From Escherichia coli (GTDB taxonomy: Bacteria; Pseudomonadota; Gammaproteobacteria; Enterobacterales; Enterobacteriaceae): 16,712 nt of DNA. The stretch lies in the NCBI RefSeq assembly GCF_003334315.1, contig NZ_QOWR01000074.1, one strand, 5' to 3'. Both the position numbers and the translations under genes were made by a program. Below, one piece after another: positions 8,254-16,712 of this stretch (positions are counted from its first letter, which is position 1; each line of letters begins with the position of its first letter). Under the pieces are notes generated by a model, which saw only the letters and a program-made list of their open reading frames with translations, made no database searches and was not told the origin of the DNA.

Positions 8254-10230
8254 ATGTCTGACGACATGTCTATGGGTTTGCCTTCGTCAGCGGGCGAACA
8301 CGGTGTACTACGCTCCATGCAGGAGGTTGCAATGAGCTCCCAGGAAGCCAGCAAGATGCTGCGTACTTACAATATTGCCTGGTGGGGCAATAACTACTAT
8401 GACGTTAACGAGCTGGGCCACATTAGCGTGTGCCCGGACCCGGACGTCCCGGAAGCTCGCGTCGATCTCGCGCAGTTAGTGAAAACTCGTGAAGCACAGG
8501 GCCAGCGTCTGCCTGCACTGTTCTGTTTCCCACAGATCCTGCAGCACCGTTTGCGTTCCATTAACGCCGCGTTCAAACGTGCGAGGGAATCCTACGGCTA
8601 TAACGGCGATTACTTCCTTGTTTATCCGATCAAAGTTAACCAGCACCGCCGCGTGATTGAGTCCCTGATTCATTCGGGCGAACCGCTGGGTCTGGAAGCC
8701 GGTTCCAAAGCCGAGTTGATGGCAGTACTGGCACATGCTGGCATGACCCGTAGCGTCATCGTCTGCAACGGTTATAAAGACCGCGAATATATCCGCCTGG
8801 CATTAATTGGCGAGAAGATGGGGCACAAGGTCTATCTGGTCATTGAGAAGATGTCAGAAATCGCCATTGTGCTGGATGAAGCAGAACGTCTGAATGTCGT
8901 TCCTCGTCTGGGCGTGCGTGCACGTCTGGCTTCGCAGGGTTCGGGTAAATGGCAGTCCTCCGGCGGGGAAAAATCGAAGTTCGGCCTGGCTGCGACTCAG
9001 GTACTGCAACTGGTTGAAACCCTGCGTGAAGCCGGGCGTCTCGACAGCCTGCAACTACTGCACTTCCACCTCGGTTCGCAGATGGCGAATATTCGCGATA
9101 TCGCGACAGGCGTTCGTGAATCCGCGCGTTTCTATGTGGAACTGCACAAGCTGGGCGTCAATATTCAGTGCTTCGACGTCGGCGGCGGTCTGGGCGTGGA
9201 TTATGAAGGTACTCGTTCGCAGTCCGACTGTTCGGTGAACTACGGCCTCAATGAATACGCCAACAACATTATCTGGGCGATTGGCGATGCGTGTGAAGAA
9301 AACGGTCTGCCGCATCCGACGGTAATCACCGAATCGGGTCGTGCGGTGACTGCGCATCACACCGTGCTGGTGTCTAATATCATCGGCGTGGAACGTAACG
9401 AATACACGGTGCCGACCGCGCCTGCAGAAGATGCGCCGCGCGCGCTGCAAAGCATGTGGGAAACCTGGCAGGAGATGCACGAACCGGGAACTCGCCGTTC
9501 TCTGCGTGAATGGTTACACGACAGTCAGATGGATCTGCACGACATTCATATCGGCTACTCTTCCGGCATCTTTAGCCTGCAAGAACGTGCATGGGCTGAG
9601 CAGCTTTATTTGAGCATGTGCCATGAAGTGCAAAAGCAGCTGGATCCGCAAAACCGTGCTCATCGTCCGATTATCGACGAGCTGCAGGAACGTATGGCGG
9701 ACAAAATGTACGTCAACTTCTCGCTGTTCCAGTCGATGCCGGACGCATGGGGGATCGACCAGTTGTTCCCGGTTCTGCCGCTGGAAGGGCTGGATCAAGT
9801 GCCGGAACGTCGCGCTGTGCTGCTGGATATTACCTGTGACTCTGACGGTGCTATCGACCACTATATTGATGGTGACGGTATTGCCACGACAATGCCAATG
9901 CCGGAGTACGATCCAGAGAATCCGCCGATGCTCGGTTTCTTTATGGTCGGCGCATATCAGGAGATCCTCGGCAACATGCACAACCTGTTCGGTGATACCG
10001 AAGCGGTTGACGTGTTCGTCTTCCCTGACGGTAGCGTAGAAGTAGAACTGTCTGACGAAGGCGATACCGTGGCGGACATGCTGCAATATGTACAGCTCGA
10101 TCCGAAAACGCTGTTAACCCAGTTCCGCGATCAAGTGAAGAAAACCGATCTTGATGCTGAACTGCAACAACAGTTCCTTGAAGAGTTCGAGGCAGGTTTG
10201 TACGGTTATACTTATCTTGAAGATGAGTAA
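8254..10230 (+). CDS. speA: Biosynthetic arginine decarboxylase (PLP-dependent), 658 aa
   Basis: Translation [49 protein letters not shown]... The track ORF starts at a TTG four codons upstream; the ATG at 8254 is taken as the start. Confidence 0.96.
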   Translation: MSDDMSMGLPSSAGEHGVLRSMQEVAMSSQEASKMLRTYNIAWWGNNYYDVNELGHISVCPDPDVPEARVDLAQLVKTREAQGQRLPALFCFPQILQHRLRSINAAFKRARESYGYNGDYFLVYPIKVNQHRRVIESLIHSGEPLGLEAGSKAELMAVLAHAGMTRSVIVCNGYKDREYIRLALIGEKMGHKVYLVIEKMSEIAIVLDEAERLNVVPRLGVRARLASQGSGKWQSSGGEKSKFGLAATQVLQLVETLREAGRLDSLQLLHFHLGSQMANIRDIATGVRESARFYVELHKLGVNIQCFDVGGGLGVDYEGTRSQSDCSVNYGLNEYANNIIWAIGDACEENGLPHPTVITESGRAVTAHHTVLVSNIIGVERNEYTVPTAPAEDAPRALQSMWETWQEMHEPGTRRSLREWLHDSQMDLHDIHIGYSSGIFSLQERAWAEQLYLSMCHEVQKQLDPQNRAHRPIIDELQERMADKMYVNFSLFQSMPDAWGIDQLFPVLPLEGLDQVPERRAVLLDITCDSDGAIDHYIDGDGIATTMPMPEYDPENPPMLGFFMVGAYQEILGNMHNLFGDTEAVDVFVFPDGSVEVELSDEGDTVADMLQYVQLDPKTLLTQFRDQVKKTDLDAELQQQFLEEFEAGLYGYTYLEDE

Positions 10231-10299
10231 GTCCTGTGTTACTTGAATCCGCTTAATTTAGCGGTGATAATCCGCCACAATTTATTGTGACAAATCCAA

Positions 10300-10339
10300 C
10301 CCTTCCTCGTCGGGCCTAACGACGCGGAAGGGTTTTTTT
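10300..10339 (+). terminator. Intrinsic terminator / attenuator between speA and speB
   Basis: Inverted repeat cccttcctcgtcg (10300-10312) / cgacgcggaaggg (10320-10332), one mismatch, followed by a run of seven Ts at 10333-10339. It starts 70 bp after the speA stop and ends about 30 bp before the speB start. Confidence 0.7.
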
Positions 10340-10367
10340 ATATCGACTTTGTAATAGGAGTCCATCC

Positions 10368-11288
10368 ATGAGCACCTTAGGTCATCAATACGATAACTCA
10401 CTGGTTTCCAATGCCTTTGGTTTTTTACGCCTGCCGATGAACTTCCAGCCGTATGACAGCGATGCAGACTGGGTGATTACTGGCGTGCCGTTCGATATGG
10501 CCACTTCTGGTCGTGCGGGTGGTCGCCACGGTCCGGCAGCGATCCGTCAGGTTTCGACGAATCTGGCCTGGGAACACAACCGCTTCCCGTGGAATTTCGA
10601 CATGCGTGAGCGTCTGAACGTCGTGGACTGCGGCGATCTGGTATATGCCTTTGGCGATGCCCGTGAGATGAGCGAAAAGCTGCAGGCGCACGCCGAGAAG
10701 CTGCTGGCTGCCGGTAAGCGTATGCTCTCTTTCGGTGGTGACCACTTTGTTACGCTGCCGCTGCTGCGTGCTCATGCGAAGCATTTCGGCAAAATGGCGC
10801 TGGTACACTTTGACGCCCACACCGATACCTATGCGAACGGTTGTGAATTTGACCACGGCACTATGTTCTATACCGCGCCGAAAGAAGGTCTGATCGACCC
10901 GAATCATTCCGTGCAGATTGGTATTCGTACCGAGTTTGATAAAGACAACGGCTTTACCGTGCTGGACGCCTGCCAGGTGAACGATCGCAGCGTGGATGAC
11001 GTTATCGCCCAAGTGAAACAGATTGTGGGTGATATGCCGGTTTACCTGACTTTTGATATCGACTGCCTGGATCCTGCTTTTGCACCAGGCACCGGTACGC
11101 CAGTGATTGGCGGCCTGACCTCCGATCGCGCTATTAAACTGGTACGCGGCCTGAAAGATCTCAACATTGTTGGGATGGACGTAGTGGAAGTGGCTCCGGC
11201 ATACGATCAGTCGGAAATCACTGCTCTGGCAGCGGCAACGCTGGCGCTGGAAATGCTGTATATTCAGGCGGCGAAAAAGGGCGAGTAA
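10368..11288 (+). CDS. speB: Agmatinase (agmatine ureohydrolase, arginase family), 306 aa
   Basis: Translation [60 protein letters not shown]... includes the arginase-family Mn-binding motifs GGDH and DAHTD. Confidence 0.96.
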   Translation: MSTLGHQYDNSLVSNAFGFLRLPMNFQPYDSDADWVITGVPFDMATSGRAGGRHGPAAIRQVSTNLAWEHNRFPWNFDMRERLNVVDCGDLVYAFGDAREMSEKLQAHAEKLLAAGKRMLSFGGDHFVTLPLLRAHAKHFGKMALVHFDAHTDTYANGCEFDHGTMFYTAPKEGLIDPNHSVQIGIRTEFDKDNGFTVLDACQVNDRSVDDVIAQVKQIVGDMPVYLTFDIDCLDPAFAPGTGTPVIGGLTSDRAIKLVRGLKDLNIVGMDVVEVAPAYDQSEITALAAATLALEMLYIQAAKKGE

Positions 11289-11299
11289 GCACCAGATGC

Positions 11300-11485
<186 letters not shown>

Positions 11486-11493
11486 ACCAGGCT

Positions 11494-12252
11494 TTACTTA
11501 ATCCCATCCGCGCTCATGCGATCGCGAATATGCTGGGCGCGTTCGGCGGATGCAGGATGGTCGTCAAACATTGAGCTTTGGCGACCTTCTTCCAGTTTTG
11601 CCAGTTTTTCAAAGCTGGTGGCAAGACCTGCCGGGCTGATGCCGCGTTGGCGCAGAAGATCGTAAGAATAATCATCGGCTTCTGCTTCCTGGCGCTGGGA
11701 GAATTGCGAATTGACTAATTTCTCGCCCAGATTACCAAGTTGTGATTGAGATAAACTTCCGACAATCCCGCCCGCAGAGGCCGCAGCTACTCGCACGGCA
11801 TTTGTACCAAGTGCCACCTGCATTCCTTTTTTCACATGGCCTAACGCCACGTGCCCCATTTCGTGACCGATCACCGCTTCGACTTCGTTATCCGTCATCA
11901 TATCCATCAGCCCGCTATAGACACGGATACAGCCGTTAGCCATTGCAAAGGCGTTCACATCCTTCGCCATATACACTTTGTAATTTACCGGCTGACCGTT
12001 GATATTGTTGCCTAGCGCATTGGCAATAGTTGTCAGACGTTTAGCGTATTCGCTATTGGCTGGCGCAATCGTCGCCTTGCTGTCCATCTCCTGACATGCC
12101 TGATCGCTCAGGGCTTTCACCTGCGCATCACTCAAACTGTAAGCCTGAAAAGCTTCCGCTCCTGATGAGAGCAGTCCGTTGGAGTCCATATTCTGGCAAC
12201 CGGTCAGTACCGTTGCCACGCTCATTGCTACCAATAAGGCGCGAATTTTCAT
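11494..12252 (-). CDS. loiP: Outer-membrane M48-family zinc metalloprotease LoiP (YggG), 252 aa
   Basis: The ORF contains MKIRALLVAMSVATVLTGCQ (lipoprotein signal) and a HEMGH zinc motif. Start trimmed from the 325-codon track ORF to the ATG at 12250-12252. Confidence 0.88.
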   Translation of the reverse strand: MKIRALLVAMSVATVLTGCQNMDSNGLLSSGAEAFQAYSLSDAQVKALSDQACQEMDSKATIAPANSEYAKRLTTIANALGNNINGQPVNYKVYMAKDVNAFAMANGCIRVYSGLMDMMTDNEVEAVIGHEMGHVALGHVKKGMQVALGTNAVRVAAASAGGIVGSLSQSQLGNLGEKLVNSQFSQRQEAEADDYSYDLLRQRGISPAGLATSFEKLAKLEEGRQSSMFDDHPASAERAQHIRDRMSADGIK

Positions 12253-12529
12253 GTTTTCTCTTCCGCACAAGGTCAGGATTATTCTAAAAATGCGCCGTTT
12301 GCAGGTGAATCGACGCTCAGTCTCAGTATAAGGAAAAGCGCAGCGGACGGGCGAGTAGATTGCGCAACATGCGAGCATGATCCAGAGATTTCTGAAGCGG
12401 CAAAAGGATGTTCCATGTACATGACGCGCGGCTTGCGGTAAATTGTTGGCAAATTTTCCGGCGTAGCCCAAAACGCGCTGTCGTCAAGTCGTTAAGGGCG
12501 TGCCCTTCATCATCCGATCTGGAGTCAAA

Positions 12530-14521
12530 ATGTCCTCACGTAAAGAGCTTGCCAATGCTATTCGTGCGCTGAGCATGGACGCAGTACAGAAAGCCAAATC
12601 CGGTCACCCGGGTGCCCCTATGGGTATGGCTGACATTGCCGAAGTCCTGTGGCGTGATTTCCTGAAACACAACCCGCAGAATCCGTCCTGGGCTGACCGT
12701 GACCGCTTCGTGCTGTCCAACGGCCACGGCTCCATGCTGATCTACAGCCTGCTGCACCTCACCGGTTACGATCTGCCGATGGAAGAACTGAAAAACTTCC
12801 GTCAGCTGCACTCTAAAACTCCGGGTCACCCGGAAGTGGGTTACACCGCTGGTGTGGAAACCACCACCGGTCCGCTGGGTCAGGGTATTGCCAACGCAGT
12901 CGGTATGGCGATTGCAGAAAAAACGCTGGCGGCGCAGTTTAACCGTCCGGGCCACGACATTGTCGACCACTACACCTACGCCTTCATGGGCGACGGCTGC
13001 ATGATGGAAGGCATCTCCCACGAAGTTTGCTCTCTGGCGGGTACGCTGAAGCTGGGTAAACTGATTGCATTCTACGATGACAACGGTATTTCTATCGATG
13101 GTCACGTTGAAGGCTGGTTCACCGACGACACCGCAATGCGTTTCGAAGCTTACGGCTGGCACGTTATTCGCGACATCGACGGTCATGACGCGGCATCTAT
13201 CAAACGCGCAGTAGAAGAAGCGCGCGCAGTGACTGACAAACCTTCCCTGCTGATGTGCAAAACCATCATCGGTTTCGGTTCCCCGAACAAAGCCGGTACC
13301 CACGACTCCCACGGTGCGCCGCTGGGCGACGCTGAAATTGCCCTGACCCGCGAACAACTGGGCTGGAAATATGCGCCGTTCGAAATCCCGTCTGAAATCT
13401 ATGCTCAGTGGGATGCGAAAGAAGCAGGCCAGGCGAAAGAATCCGCATGGAACGAGAAATTCGCTGCTTACGCGAAAGCTTATCCGCAGGAAGCCGCTGA
13501 ATTTACCCGCCGTATGAAAGGCGAAATGCCGTCTGACTTCGACGCTAAAGCGAAAGAGTTCATCGCTAAACTGCAGGCTAATCCGGCGAAAATCGCCAGC
13601 CGTAAAGCGTCTCAGAATGCTATCGAAGCGTTCGGTCCGCTGTTGCCGGAATTCCTCGGCGGTTCTGCTGACCTGGCGCCGTCTAACCTGACCCTGTGGT
13701 CTGGTTCTAAAGCAATCAACGAAGATGCTGCGGGTAACTACATCCACTACGGTGTTCGCGAGTTCGGTATGACCGCGATTGCTAACGGTATCTCCCTGCA
13801 CGGTGGCTTCCTGCCGTACACCTCCACCTTCCTGATGTTCGTGGAATACGCACGTAACGCCGTACGTATGGCTGCGCTGATGAAACAGCGTCAGGTGATG
13901 GTTTACACCCACGACTCCATCGGTCTGGGCGAAGACGGCCCGACTCACCAGCCGGTTGAGCAGGTCGCTTCTCTGCGCGTAACCCCGAACATGTCTACAT
14001 GGCGTCCGTGTGACCAGGTTGAATCCGCGGTCGCGTGGAAATACGGTGTTGAGCGTCAGGACGGCCCGACCGCACTGATCCTCTCCCGTCAGAACCTGGC
14101 GCAGCAGGAACGAACTGAAGAGCAACTGGCAAACATCGCGCGCGGTGGTTATGTGCTGAAAGACTGCGCCGGTCAGCCGGAACTGATTTTCATCGCTACC
14201 GGTTCAGAAGTTGAACTGGCTGTTGCTGCCTACGAAAAACTGACTGCCGAAGGCGTGAAAGCGCGCGTGGTGTCCATGCCGTCTACCGACGCATTTGACA
14301 AGCAGGATGCTGCTTACCGTGAATCCGTACTGCCGAAAGCGGTTACTGCACGCGTTGCTGTAGAAGCGGGTATTGCTGACTACTGGTACAAGTATGTTGG
14401 CCTGAACGGTGCTATCGTCGGTATGACCACCTTCGGTGAATCTGCTCCGGCAGAGCTGCTGTTTGAAGAGTTCGGCTTCACTGTTGATAACGTTGTTGCG
14501 AAAGCAAAAGAACTGCTGTAA
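12530..14521 (+). CDS. tktA: Transketolase 1, 663 aa
   Basis: Translation [41 protein letters not shown]... Start at the ATG at 12530, preceded by a ggag Shine-Dalgarno at 12521-12524. The track ORF begins at an upstream GTG. Confidence 0.97.
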   Translation: MSSRKELANAIRALSMDAVQKAKSGHPGAPMGMADIAEVLWRDFLKHNPQNPSWADRDRFVLSNGHGSMLIYSLLHLTGYDLPMEELKNFRQLHSKTPGHPEVGYTAGVETTTGPLGQGIANAVGMAIAEKTLAAQFNRPGHDIVDHYTYAFMGDGCMMEGISHEVCSLAGTLKLGKLIAFYDDNGISIDGHVEGWFTDDTAMRFEAYGWHVIRDIDGHDAASIKRAVEEARAVTDKPSLLMCKTIIGFGSPNKAGTHDSHGAPLGDAEIALTREQLGWKYAPFEIPSEIYAQWDAKEAGQAKESAWNEKFAAYAKAYPQEAAEFTRRMKGEMPSDFDAKAKEFIAKLQANPAKIASRKASQNAIEAFGPLLPEFLGGSADLAPSNLTLWSGSKAINEDAAGNYIHYGVREFGMTAIANGISLHGGFLPYTSTFLMFVEYARNAVRMAALMKQRQVMVYTHDSIGLGEDGPTHQPVEQVASLRVTPNMSTWRPCDQVESAVAWKYGVERQDGPTALILSRQNLAQQERTEEQLANIARGGYVLKDCAGQPELIFIATGSEVELAVAAYEKLTAEGVKARVVSMPSTDAFDKQDAAYRESVLPKAVTARVAVEAGIADYWYKYVGLNGAIVGMTTFGESAPAELLFEEFGFTVDNVVAKAKELL

Positions 14522-14535
14522 TTAGCATTTCGGGT

Positions 14536-14566
14536 AAAAAGGTCGCTTCGGCGACCTTTTTTATTA
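14536..14566 (+). terminator. Intrinsic terminator of tktA
   Basis: Stem aggtcgc (14540-14546) / gcgacct (14551-14557) with loop ttcg, followed by ttttttatt. An A-run precedes it, so it could function bidirectionally. It lies 15 bp after the tktA stop. Confidence 0.8.
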
Positions 14567-14834
14567 CCTTGATATGTCCGTTTGCGGACAAGCAATAGAT
14601 AAGGCGTGTTGTAGATCACAAATATTTATATGCAATAAATATCAATTATGTAATATGCATCACGATATGCGTATTGACATTTGTTGTTATATCTATAACT
14701 CAATGTTATATAAGAAATTAATAATTCACTGTTTTCAAAACACCGGTTTCCCTGCTCAATTGCTTTCATTAAACCGCACGAGTATTTTATTTTTACCGCC
14801 GGACGGTACCCTAAAAATAAAATAAGGATAATTT

Positions 14835-15251
14835 ATGCGGCTTAGTGATTATTTTCCAGAATCATCAATCTCAGTTATACATTCAGCAAAAGATTGGCAG
14901 GAAGCTATCGATTTCTCGATGGTATCATTGCTGGATAAAAACTATATCAGCGAGAATTACATTCAGGCAATTAAAGATTCCACCATTAACAATGGCCCTT
15001 ATTATATTCTCGCACCAGGCGTGGCAATGCCTCATGCGCGACCGGAATGTGGGGCGCTTAAAACCGGGATGTCTTTGACATTACTTGAACAAGGTGTTTA
15101 TTTTCCGGGGAATGACGAACCAATTAAATTACTCATCGGACTCTCTGCTGCCGATGCCGATTCGCACATTGGCGCTATTCAGGCGTTAAGTGAATTACTG
15201 TGCGAAGAAGAAATACTCGAACAACTCTTAACAGCATCATCAGAAAAATAA
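14835..15251 (+). CDS. cmtB: Cryptic mannitol-specific PTS EIIA component, 138 codons here; likely C-terminally truncated by a nonsense codon
   Basis: Translation MRLSDYFPESSISVIHSAKDWQEAIDFSMVSLLDKNYISENYIQAIKDSTINNGPYYILAPGVAMPHARPE... is a PTS EIIA(Mtl/Fru)-type domain. The frame stays open for 8 more codons (LADIISRG) beyond the TAA at 15249-15251. Confidence 0.85.
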   Translation: MRLSDYFPESSISVIHSAKDWQEAIDFSMVSLLDKNYISENYIQAIKDSTINNGPYYILAPGVAMPHARPECGALKTGMSLTLLEQGVYFPGNDEPIKLLIGLSAADADSHIGAIQALSELLCEEEILEQLLTASSEK

Positions 15252-15305
15252 TTAGCGGACATTATCAGCCGCGGATAATTACTCTCTCCTCTACAGGATA
15301 ATATT

Positions 15306-16508
15306 ATGGAAAACAAGTCTGCTCGTGCAAAGGTCCAGGCTTTTGGGGGCTTTTTGACTGCAATGGTCATCCCCAATATTGGTGCTTTTATTGCCTGGGG
15401 TTTTATTACTGCGTTATTTATTCCCACCGGTTGGCTGCCTAACGAACATTTCGCCAAAATTGTCGGCCCGATGATTACCTATTTATTGCCCGTGATGATT
15501 GGTTCTACAGGTGGTCATCTGGTCGGCGGTAAACGCGGGGCGGTCATGGGCGGAATAGGTACTATTGGTGTGATCGTTGGCGCAGAGATCCCGATGTTCC
15601 TTGGCTCAATGATCATGGGGCCGCTCGGTGGGTTGGTCATAAAATATGTCGATAAGGCACTGGAAAAACGCATACCTGCCGGTTTTGAGATGGTTATCAA
15701 TAACTTCTCATTAGGTATCGCGGGGATGCTCCTTTGTCTGCTGGGTTTTGAAGTTATCGGCCCGGCGGTGTTAATTGCCAATACTTTCGTCAAAGAGTGT
15801 ATTGAGGCGCTGGTACATGCGGGTTATCTGCCATTGTTGTCAGTCATCAATGAACCGGCGAAAGTGCTTTTCCTCAATAATGCGATCGATCAGGGCGTCT
15901 ATTATCCGCTGGGAATGCAACAGGCTTCGGTTAACGGTAAATCCATCTTCTTTATGGTGGCCTCTAACCCAGGTCCGGGCCTGGGGCTGCTGCTGGCGTT
16001 TACCTTGTTTGGTAAAGGGATGAGTAAACGTTCTGCGCCCGGGGCGATGATTATTCACTTCCTCGGTGGGATCCACGAACTGTATTTCCCGTATGTGCTG
16101 ATGAAGCCGCTGACCATTATTGCCATGATTGCGGGCGGTATGTCTGGCACCTGGATGTTTAACTTACTGGACGGTGGTCTGGTGGCTGGCCCAAGTCCGG
16201 GGTCTATCTTTGCTTACCTGGCACTGACGCCGAAAGGCTCGTTCCTGGCGACAATTGCCGGTGTTACGGTAGGTACCCTGGTGTCCTTTGCTATTACTTC
16301 GCTGATACTGAAGATGGAAAAAACGGTGGAAACGGAGAACGAAGATGAGTTTGCTCAGTCAGCCAATGCGGTTAAGGCGATGAAACAAGAGGGTGCATTC
16401 TCGTTAAGCAGGGTTAAGCGTATCGCCTTTGTTTGCGATGCGGGGATGGGCTCCAGTGCGATGGGCGCGACCACCTTCCGTAAACGCCTGGAAAAAGCGG
16501 GGCTGGCA
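15306..16508 (+). pseudogene. cmtA: Cryptic mannitol-specific PTS EIICB component, truncated at codon 401 by IS1 insertion
   Basis: Translation MENKSARAKVQAFGGFLTAMVIPNIGAFIAWGF... is an EIIC membrane domain followed by the start of EIIB (FVCDAGMGSS). The frame runs into the IS1 IRL at 16509 and ends after 8 IS1-encoded codons (GDAANLLI) at 16535. Confidence 0.85.
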
Positions 16509-16712
16509 GGTGATGCTGCCAACTTACTGATTTAGTGTATGATGGTGTTTTTGAGGTGCTCCAGTGGCTTCTGTTTCTATCAGCTGTCCCTCCTGTTCAG
16601 CTACTGACGGGGTGGTGCGTAACGGCAAAAGCACCGCCGGACATCAGCGCTATCTCTGCTCTCACTGCCGTAAAACATGGCAACTGCAGTTCACTTACAC
16701 CGCTTCTCAACC
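16509..16712 (+). mobile_element. IS1 insertion sequence, partial (23-bp IRL at 16509-16531 plus 5' part of insA); continues beyond window end
   Basis: ggtgatgctgccaacttactgatttagtgtatgatggtg... matches the canonical IS1 left end as I recall it. It is the reverse complement of 1-204. Confidence 0.95.
16564..16712 (+). CDS. insA: IS1 InsA, 5' fragment running off the window
   Basis: The GTG at 16564 translates to [49 protein letters not shown]. Confidence 0.88.
   Translation, partial: MASVSISCPSCSATDGVVRNGKSTAGHQRYLCSHCRKTWQLQFTYTASQ

Noticed and set aside
9055-10086. Minus-strand ORFs of 141 and 190 codons, plus plus-strand off-frame ORFs (8894-9238, 9623-10039)
   Set aside because: All are embedded in speA, antisense or out of frame. 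speA is intact and full length on the plus strand.
12494-12507. Short palindrome aagggcgtgccctt just upstream of the tktA ribosome-binding site
   Set aside because: The arms are only 6 bp with a 2-bp centre, too short to call an RNA hairpin or operator with any confidence.
12536-14125. 529-codon minus-strand ORF
   Set aside because: It lies entirely antisense to tktA, whose sense frame encodes a full-length recognisable transketolase. It is an antisense frame with arginine/valine-rich, low-complexity translation and no independent support.
14574-14825. 83-codon Cys-rich ORF between tktA and cmtB
   Set aside because: It lies in a very AT-rich promoter-like spacer with no ribosome-binding site context I can support. 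Likely a compositional artefact.

Overview
This window reads as conserved core chromosome of Escherichia coli / Shigella (the 66-min region of K-12, here in reverse orientation), not an accessory island. Gene order is ruvX-yqgE-gshB-rsmE-endA-sprT-galP-metK-(yqgC,yqgB)-speA-speB-loiP-tktA-cmtB-cmtA. I found no novel defence or other undescribed system, no CRISPR array and no tRNA or rRNA. The most notable structure is that both ends of the window (1-204 and 16509-16712) are the left end of IS1 (IRL plus the 5' part of insA), exact reverse complements of each other apart from one base. The right-hand IS1 truncates cmtA at codon 401, and cmtB ends at an in-frame TAA nine codons short of a 147-codon frame, so the cryptic cmtBA mannitol PTS operon looks decayed; that pattern suits an IS1-rich Shigella-like genome. 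All other housekeeping genes appear full length. Gene identities come from recognising the translated proteins, not from a database search. Regulatory calls (galP CRP and GalR/GalS sites, intrinsic terminators, REP/BIME repeats) are read directly from the sequence.
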